From Balanoglossus misakiensis (Eukaryota > Animalia > Hemichordata), in contig CM082594.2 in assembly GCA_040954595.2 (NCBI GenBank), positions 2,312,247 to 2,376,246 on the forward strand: 64,000 nt of DNA, given 5' to 3'. A program made the translations under genes and the position numbers. Positions 40,701-49,700 of this stretch are shown here, piece after piece (positions within the stretch are counted from its first letter, which is position 1; every line of letters begins with the position of its first letter). Under the pieces are notes generated by a model. The model was not told the origin of the DNA. It was given only the letters and a program-made list of their open reading frames with translations, and ran no database searches.

Positions 40701-43700
40701 CTTCTATCTCCAATCACAACATCGTTGTTTTCAAAAATGACAACAGCTGTAAGCCATCTCTGTCTAGCATAGGGTAGCACGTAACTGTGGACTTTGTTTA
40801 TCATCACCTGATCATTAGAAAGATGAACTTTCCACCACAGCTGTGAATGAATGTAAAGTAATAACTGTTGATAGTATATAAGGGAGAACAAAAGAAAAAC
40901 GTTCTACGATTCCTGTCTTGAAATCCTAAATTCCGCACATGGTGCTCAATAACAAGTCAATGACAATGACCTACTAGATCAATAAAGATCCAGAGAATAC
41001 ACCAAAGGAAGTCATATTGGAATGATATCTGGCCAAGCATCTCTGCACAATCACAATCACACTGACATTAGGTTCTAACAGAGTATTTGTATGATGTGCA
41101 CTATAGAAAACTTTACTTATATGGGGGTCACACAGGCACCATTAAGACGGTTCTGAAACGTCTCAGATCAGATACCTTCTTAAAAAACGTGTGGACGGCG
41201 TATAGTGGTCCTGAGACGTTTCAGGACCATATAAACCGTTCACACATAACGATTTACGCCAGTATTTGATCTGAGACGTTTCAGAAACGTCTTAATGGTG
41301 TGTGTGTGTGTGACCCCCATATTAGAGTGAGGGTATAAAAGTGGTTGAAAAAATGTTTGAGATAGAGCTCAGGACGGAAATTAAGTGTAAATTTTGGCTT
41401 TATTTCCAGTATTTATGTTCTGTGTATCAAATGCAATTTCTTGCCCTACTCAAAACAGCATGCTAATTATAACCAGTACTCTGGTTGTCAACAAAGCCTT
41501 CATGTGTGCAACAGCCATTGTTATGTTGACTTGACAAATGAATTCGAGTCCGGACATGAATTCAAATTTTGCACAATAGCATTGCTGACTATACACATAA
41601 ACATACCATAATGCCACCAGGACCTGTAGTAAAAACATCTTCATTTGAAGCCCAGTGCACACTGAGAACTTTACCATCATATGCTTTGAGTTCAGAAAAG
41701 TGTGATGAATTTTCTGAAATATAAAGATATTTCAATGATCAACTTTTGGTATAATGTAACTTCTAAACTTTGTAAACATGTGGTGGACATGTACACAAAC
41801 TTACACAGACAAAGAACTTTTTATGAGAGTATTACCTATTTTGTTGAAAATGTAGAAAATAGTGATGAGATTCTTTACACTTTTGACAGTTTGAAGGTAT
41901 ACGGTGTCACCTATGGACAATTAGCTATAGTTACCATAGCAAATTGAGATCTAGCGAATCACAGATTTTCTGCGGGTGGCACACGCGAAAAAAAGAGCGC
42001 CACCATATGTTCTTTGGAACACTAATATGCCATTTCAGCCATATATGGGCGTATGTACATTGGATGTGACTGTATACCTTTAAAAGCACCTATTGTTATT
42101 GATGAAATTGGTTTGTGGTTTGACAAACTAACTGTGGCAAAGCACTTGGAAACGACAGTGTAACATCTGACATATTTAAAAAGTGTTAGAAAACTGTTGT
42201 GGAAATGTTTAAATGCGGTATTGGATTCTGGAAATTTCCCTACTGCTTGGGCAACAGGTGTCATTGCTCCAATACATAAGAAAGGTGCTAATGAGTTGGT
42301 GTTGATTGTCTAGTCTTCAGTAATGTCTCTGAGGAAAAAAAACATTCAAGTAAAAATAGAGATAAATTTATTCTATATCACATATTAGTGAGAGTTAACA
42401 AGAGTTGTCTTGCTCACCTAAGCGGAAGACTTTCACAAAACCATCAATATTTGCCAAGGCAATCAACTGGTCATCTGGGGATGGTGACAACAGAGCATAA
42501 GATCCAAACCTTGAATCAGACAGCAACACCACCCAAATCTCAGTAAAACTGTCATAGGTATGTAGAACGCTGGAAATAAGTACATGTATTTTTAAGAATA
42601 AAGAATGCAATATAAATGAAAATATAGTGGTATTTTCACATTCAATTTGCAAATAAAATAGTTCTAGGTTTGAAAATCACATGGCCTCAACCTGTCATTT
42701 TTTTTTTGAATAATAAAAAATGCACACATACAGACAAACCCACACGCATATACATACATACATACATACATACATACATACATACATACATACATACATA
42801 CATACATACATACATACATACATACATACATACATACATACGAAGTATGCGGTTCGACTGGTCCGATACAAAGTGCTCAATACAAGAGTAGAGCGGAGTA
42901 TAAAGGAGGATAGTAGGAGAAACGAAAGGCAGTAAAATCTCTACAACGCTGTTTCGTGAGTCACTAGACTCACTCATAAGGAGACTAAACTGACCCATTC
43001 CCTGATGAGTGAGTCTAGTGACTCACGAAACAGCGTTGTAGAGATTTTACCGCCTTTCGTTTCTCCTACTACCCTCCTTTATACATACATACATACATAC
43101 ATACATGTACATACGTAAATAAATAAATACATACATGCGCATGCACACACACACACATCCACACACAGAAAACAGACTGATCCCATAACTTCCCACCAAA
43201 CCAATGGGACCAAAAACTGCAAAATCCTGTGTATACTTTTCCCATAAGATTAAGGAGGGATGTGAATGAAGGTATAAGAATAAAATACAAACCCATGATC
43301 AGTGAGTATCAAGACCATTCCAGACTTGAGAACACAAACATGACGAGCATGATCACTTTTCTTCTCTGGAATTTCTAGCTGCTTTCTTTGTACACCTGTA
43401 ATCATGTATTGATATATGACATTAAAATCCTTGCTGCAGTGCCATATGTTTCTGAGAATTCGAGTCCACCAACCATCAATATGGTCTTGAGATAACAAAA
43501 GCACTGTATTTTTAGACTTTCTTCCATCCTTATCATGGTGGTGTGTTGAACTGGTAACACATCACTGTTAAAGGTTTTAGGTTTCCAACTTTGCCTGTAT
43601 ATGGATTGAGTGACACTCATAGATATGGTGGCATGTTTGACCAATAAAGAAAGCAACACATAATGATAAATGTATGTCATCACATCAAGGAGGTTCTATT

Positions 43701-46700
43701 GACTGTGTTTCACTGTAGACTGTTTGATAATGCAGAGTTTGTTGTTGTTGTTGTATATGTCCACAAGTGGAGTGGGCATAATCAATTAAAAATATTACCT
43801 GTTCATCTTCAACTGTTGCATAGTGTTTTAGAAATCAGGCATTTTATCAAAATGTAGTCGACTACTTATTTTGATATTTAAATATGCAAATTTCACACCA
43901 TGATAGTCTATGCGATGCAGTCTTATCACATTTTATGTGAACAAAATTTGAATGTGTATGGAAATATGCAAGATAAAAACTGTCTAACAGAACCACTAAG
44001 TTATTATTTGTTGTCAAAATACATTTTACTAGTATGAAAGGGACAAAGTCTCTCTCTCGCTGCCCTTTACCATTAATTATATTTGATACAAGACACCGTT
44101 TATATAATTCTACATGTGGATATATAGTGAATCAACATTCAACCACACACAACTTATATCCAAATTGTAGACACAAGAGTGAAAAACTCGCCAAAATTAA
44201 TGATCGGTGTTTACCATACATTCATTTTGGCGGGATTTTTATCCTCATATCCTACAAACAAAGGGCAGCAAGAGAGAGACTTTGTCCCTTGAAGCCTAAA
44301 CTGAGTACAACAAAACTTTAAAATCAGAAATGTCGACATTATGGATGGCAACTTTTGTAAGTGATCAGCCCCTAATGTCTTAGTACGAGATACATGATCT
44401 GACTATGAAAACTCTATAGCAGACATATTTGCAATCATTCAGATTCGTATTGGAGTGTTTCTTCTCTCATTGGACAAGAATGATCATCCAGTATTGTTTC
44501 AATAACATTTAAGATGGTAGAGATGTTGATGTGCTGTACAGAAACTTACCATTATTATGTTGCCAAGCAACCAGTGACAATATTCTGATACTACAGTCAC
44601 CTCCACCTGTCACCTTGAAGAAGCGGAACAAAAATTTTACTTTAAAATGTTAAATTCTAAATTGGTACTAGTGTAATCTTAATTCAGAAAGCTAAAGAAA
44701 AGTAGCGTCAAGGACACTGTCCTCCCAATTGACCAGAATTGTATATTCAGAAGTGACATACACCATATCTTTTATAGCTGGACTCATGCTAATCATTTGG
44801 CATGGCCTTGGAGTTTTTAATGGAAATGGCAAAACTTTCACAGCAGTGCAATATTTTCATCACAAAGATCATCATCATTATGACACCCAAAAAACCTTCA
44901 GAAAATGTATTCCCCCTGTCAAGGACAGCATTTATGATTACACATGTTTACACCACTTATGATTGGACTTATACTAATGAATCAAATAATGTTGTACTTT
45001 CTAAAAAGCTTGGTTCTGGAACCAAACTTAAAACATGTACTAAGGGCATAAGATGGTTGTTGCCTTTAAAAAAGAAGTCTCACCACAATTTGCAGATCTT
45101 CATTTGTTGCAAGACTCCATATATTACTTCCCTGCAAATAAAAAACACCATGATTATCAAGTGCAGGAATTATTCCATTAAAATTCAATTAACAACATAC
45201 TCATTTCTCTGCGGGCTTGCCATACAGCCAAGGAATAATATGCATGCATAAAATCATACACAAATATAAGATCATGTAATTAACAATGCATCAGAAAAGT
45301 CAACCATTTTTACAGAAAAAAAACATGAGAGTGTAACCCAACAGAATATAACATTATCAACTACTCACTTTGTGACTCTTGAACTGCTTCAGTATGTTAC
45401 CATGGTAATCCCAGAGACAACAAGTTGCATCCTAAAATGGACAATTAATTTGTAAACATCTTGTAAACATCTTTGTAAACAGTCAATACCAGCGATTGAA
45501 CTCCAATTAACAATTCTTGTTTACTAGCACTTATCATTTTACTCTAAGACTTTCAACTTTGTTTTACCAAAAAGAAATTGTTATTCAAGGTGACTGTCCT
45601 TAAAGCTCCATTAGCTGTAACTTTTTGCTGTGTTTTCTGTATTTTTGTTTTGTGCATCTACTGCAGTTTCTAGTTCCAATCCTTGAAACATGATTAAATC
45701 CCCAGTATCTGGCTAAACACAACCTATATGTATACAGTCAGCATTGTTATTGTTCAAAATTTGAACTCAAGTCCGGACTACAGGTTATTTCAATCTAAAC
45801 AGACATACAGATTCAGAAAAGAATTTTGACAAAATCAGACAATTGTCCCCAAAATTAAGATTGCAGATATTCTTATTGTTTTTATTCACCATATGAGAGC
45901 TGATCAGCAAAACCGAATTGGTAAAAATATAATGGCTGCGGCCTGCCTGGTGGCCCCATTGGTTCATGTTACAATGCAAAACATATGCACATGTACCAGT
46001 ATAGCATACTCCCATACATTGCCCTTGTGCAAAGCTTGCATAAATGACTAGGCATATCTAGGTCTGGACATGGAAAAACATCAAAATGGCAAACAAAATG
46101 AGCTCAACTAACACAGTAGCAAGGACTAAAATTCACTTACCTCTCCAACACTCACGATGTAATTATCCATGAATGCAGCATCCCATACTCTGGCAATATG
46201 TCCATATAACACTAAAGTAGGACAGGAGGGTACTGAGCTTAGGCAATCCAAGTCTTCCAAGTTCCATACGCGTATACTTCGATCATCTGACACAGAACAA
46301 AGCTTTCTGTGTTTTCGACTATAACAGATAGAAAATATCACACCCTGCAATGAAAATACAACGTTGTTGTCAGTTAGTTCAATAAACTAAAATTTATCCT
46401 TTCTGTCATCGAGGACACTCATGTGGTCCCATGAGCAGCATTATCACATTCAAAAGTGACAGTTTGGTTTGTATTAAATAATGTATTTTTGTTAAATGCC
46501 AAAAATTTCCCCAAATACAATCTGACACTTATTTCACAAGTTTTGCAAATCATCATGAGAACAGACCTAGGAACCTGCAAACTGTATTTCGAAGCAAGTA
46601 TTTGACCTACCATAGAAAAAGTTGCCCCCCAAATAAACTATTGAATCAGATATTGTCTACAGTCAGAGTTTTTATTTTATTGTTATTGATTGATTTGTAC

Positions 46701-49700
46701 ACTACACGAGACACCTGAATACAGTGAACGAAAAACGTTCATCAATTTTGCAGTTATTCCGTACTCATGCAATTTATAACAAAGGCAGCTCCCCTCTACA
46801 TGTACGCGATCAAACACTTTCCTCATATCGACGAAACAAGCAAACCTAGGTAGGTTCTTGATACGGCGGTATTCAGTAACAAGTACAAAAATATAGTTCA
46901 GACAAGACCAAAGTCTTCTAAAATTATTCTGTTCGTCGACCAGTTTGTCATGTTTCTCCATCCAGTTGAACAAGCAACAATTAAAGGCCTTGCTCAACAG
47001 CGGGTCAAATCTTTTGTTTCCAATAAACAGTTACATGCTAACACAAGAATAGGGCTTTCTTGTTTGCCTTCATTGTTCTGCCCCGGGATCGAGAAAATGG
47101 CCTTTAAGTATCGATGTGAATATTTACACACACAGCAGACCACGAAATAATAGCTGACACACAAAACAAAAAGATCAGAGAAAATTGCCCAAAAGAGCTT
47201 ACCTCATGACCACAAAGAAGTTTTTCTACCAGCAGTCTATTATCACTATTTCTTTTCCCATTGGGTCTCCATAGTACAACTTGGTTGAACACTGTACCAA
47301 CTGCAAGTATTAAATCTAACCATGAATTTCCAATGATACAAGCAGAGTAGCTGCACTCCGTTAAGGTTTCAAAATGTAACAATCTCAATATACAAATTCG
47401 AAAAACATTTTTGAATCCTAAACATTTTAATACTTTATCTTGGTACTCTAAATATATTTTGTCAAACAATGACCCGTGAAAGATGACAAGTCAATGACTC
47501 TATTTGTTTTTTTATTTGCAGAACTCCTTGTTTTATTTTTTTTAAAATGTGAATTGGAATTTGCACAATATGTGTAATGTGTACCTGCCCAAAGGATACA
47601 GTATACACTTGTCTTCACAATGTACATGCTGAATGACATTTTCCTTCCTCCAGTCCCACAATGCAACAGAATTGTGAGCCATGGTAACTGCAAGATTGTC
47701 GTCACTCTGAGTATGAAGAAGTATGAAGAAGATGACAACAATCAGATTACAAAATATTCAACTTTATATGCATGTGCTGTTTTAAGCCCCAGTCAGTAGC
47801 CAACACTTTTACTTTATTTTTAATAAAAAAAATACTTCAATCTTCTCATTATCATAAGTTGACAAATTACACAATTTTGACTTTGTGAGGATTTCAATAC
47901 CCATGCATGTGCACATATCAGAATAGTTGTGTACTCATACAATGGGCAGTGCAGCACCCAATTATTATGTTCACATTTAAATGTACAGCCACAATCAGAA
48001 GTTGATAATATCACAGTCCCTCTCCTCTATTACACGGTCTGGAAACACAGCTAGATCCTTTGGGATGGAGCCTGTTATGGGTATCGCTACTCCGAATTTT
48101 TTTGTGAAACCCCTGCTTCTTTACTTGATAAGCTTATTGTCCAGCCATTATCAGCCCCGGACATAACGTTAATTGATACATCTTGTTACATTCCATGTGG
48201 CACACCAATGTTCTTGCATTGTTTTTCTTTGCTCACTGCCATGTCCATTCTGAATGCTCAATAAAGACTGACATTGCTACATGTCCAAAAGTGACAAAAT
48301 TGCAGTGTTTCAAAAGACAGACTCATTAAATGTCAGAAAACAAAAACTATTTGTGACACCATTGTCATGATCATGTGTATGCGACAATGAAGCATACAGA
48401 GGGGAATCTGATGTAGTCTGGTCCCCTGCCCCATTCTCACCGCTGGCTGTTCAGCTAAAGGGAAAGGGGTCAGGTACGGCCCGATATCATGGACAGAAAC
48501 CTGGCCAGACCACGTGGTCATAAACAAGATGGATGCTTCCAATGTCCGTACGCCAGTCAAGATTCATCCAGACAGTTTATGTTGTTTCATTTGTCATAAA
48601 GTTGGAAATCGAATGATAAACATTCATGGAGGTGAAGGAGGGAATGGGAAACGTAGTATCTTACAACAACTTATCCTTAAGTATGGTTAGAGGTAGTGCT
48701 CGTATTTATTGACCAATGAGACCATGTTTACAATAGGCCGTGCCTGACCCTTTCCCTTTAGCGTAGTGCAGCCAGCGGTGGGATTCGGGCAGGGGACCAG
48801 ACTACATCTGATGCAATCAATGCTATGGATTCACATGGACATGCAAGTATGGATACAATTGATACAATAAAGTTCCCTATGTTAAGCGACAACTAAAATG
48901 ATACGATGCTATGAATTATGCGATTCAGTTACTAAATATGTGTACAAACAACATGTTACCTCTAGCCACTGCACATCTTTTATCCAGTCTTCAACTTCGG
49001 AAATTTTACTTTTAAAGGTAATTCTGTAAAAATAAAGTATAAAAGTCAAAGTCATACTACCTGTAATCAATCAGACAGGAATTTTGTTGTAAACTGAGTT
49101 TTTTCACTTATATGGTAATTACAACATTGATATTTTACATGTCCACTTGACATTATAATGACATCATTTGAGCCATACGTTCCAAACAAAAAACAGATGA
49201 GGAAATTCCCAAAAAATTGATTTTTTTCAATAAACACTGCACATACGTGCATGTACATGCATAAACTGGCATTTGGCAATAACAAAAAGTTTGCCGTTAT
49301 TTTATAGTTTAGATTGCTAGTTTAAGCGTTCATTTAAAGCCCTGGCCCTGATACAGGATCTGCGAACCGAGAAAAAGTGTGAATGAATTATGACCAAGGT
49401 CAGCAAATATTGTACCAAGGCAATAAAACTTTTATCATATACCTTATGATCGCCATAAATATCGATTTTTAACATTTTGGGCCTTCTGAATCCACTGACA
49501 TATCTGCATTGTCAACAGCAAAAAGCCAGTGAATTCACGATGTTTATAAGCACACATATTGTTGTCTCCAATTGCCATTTGTTGAGATTTTGTTAGGGGC
49601 AGTGTTTACGAAAAACTGAGTAAATTTTTTTTAATTTTGACAAAGATTGAAAGATACACATTAATAGAAGGTTTACAGAGATTTTCTAAGAAATCAACCA

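Larger units (their letters stand above)
42841..43083. mobile_element. Penelope-like element terminal fragment in inverted arrangement
   Basis: ~83-bp inverted arms (42899-42981 / 43001-43083), each carrying a minimal hammerhead, embedded in a microsatellite. Confidence 0.6.

Noticed and set aside
37997-42083. Inverted AGGTATACAGTCAC ends 4 kb apart bracketing WDR6 exons
   Set aside because: They enclose conserved host exons, so two independent truncated MITE copies in opposite orientation is a simpler explanation than one element.
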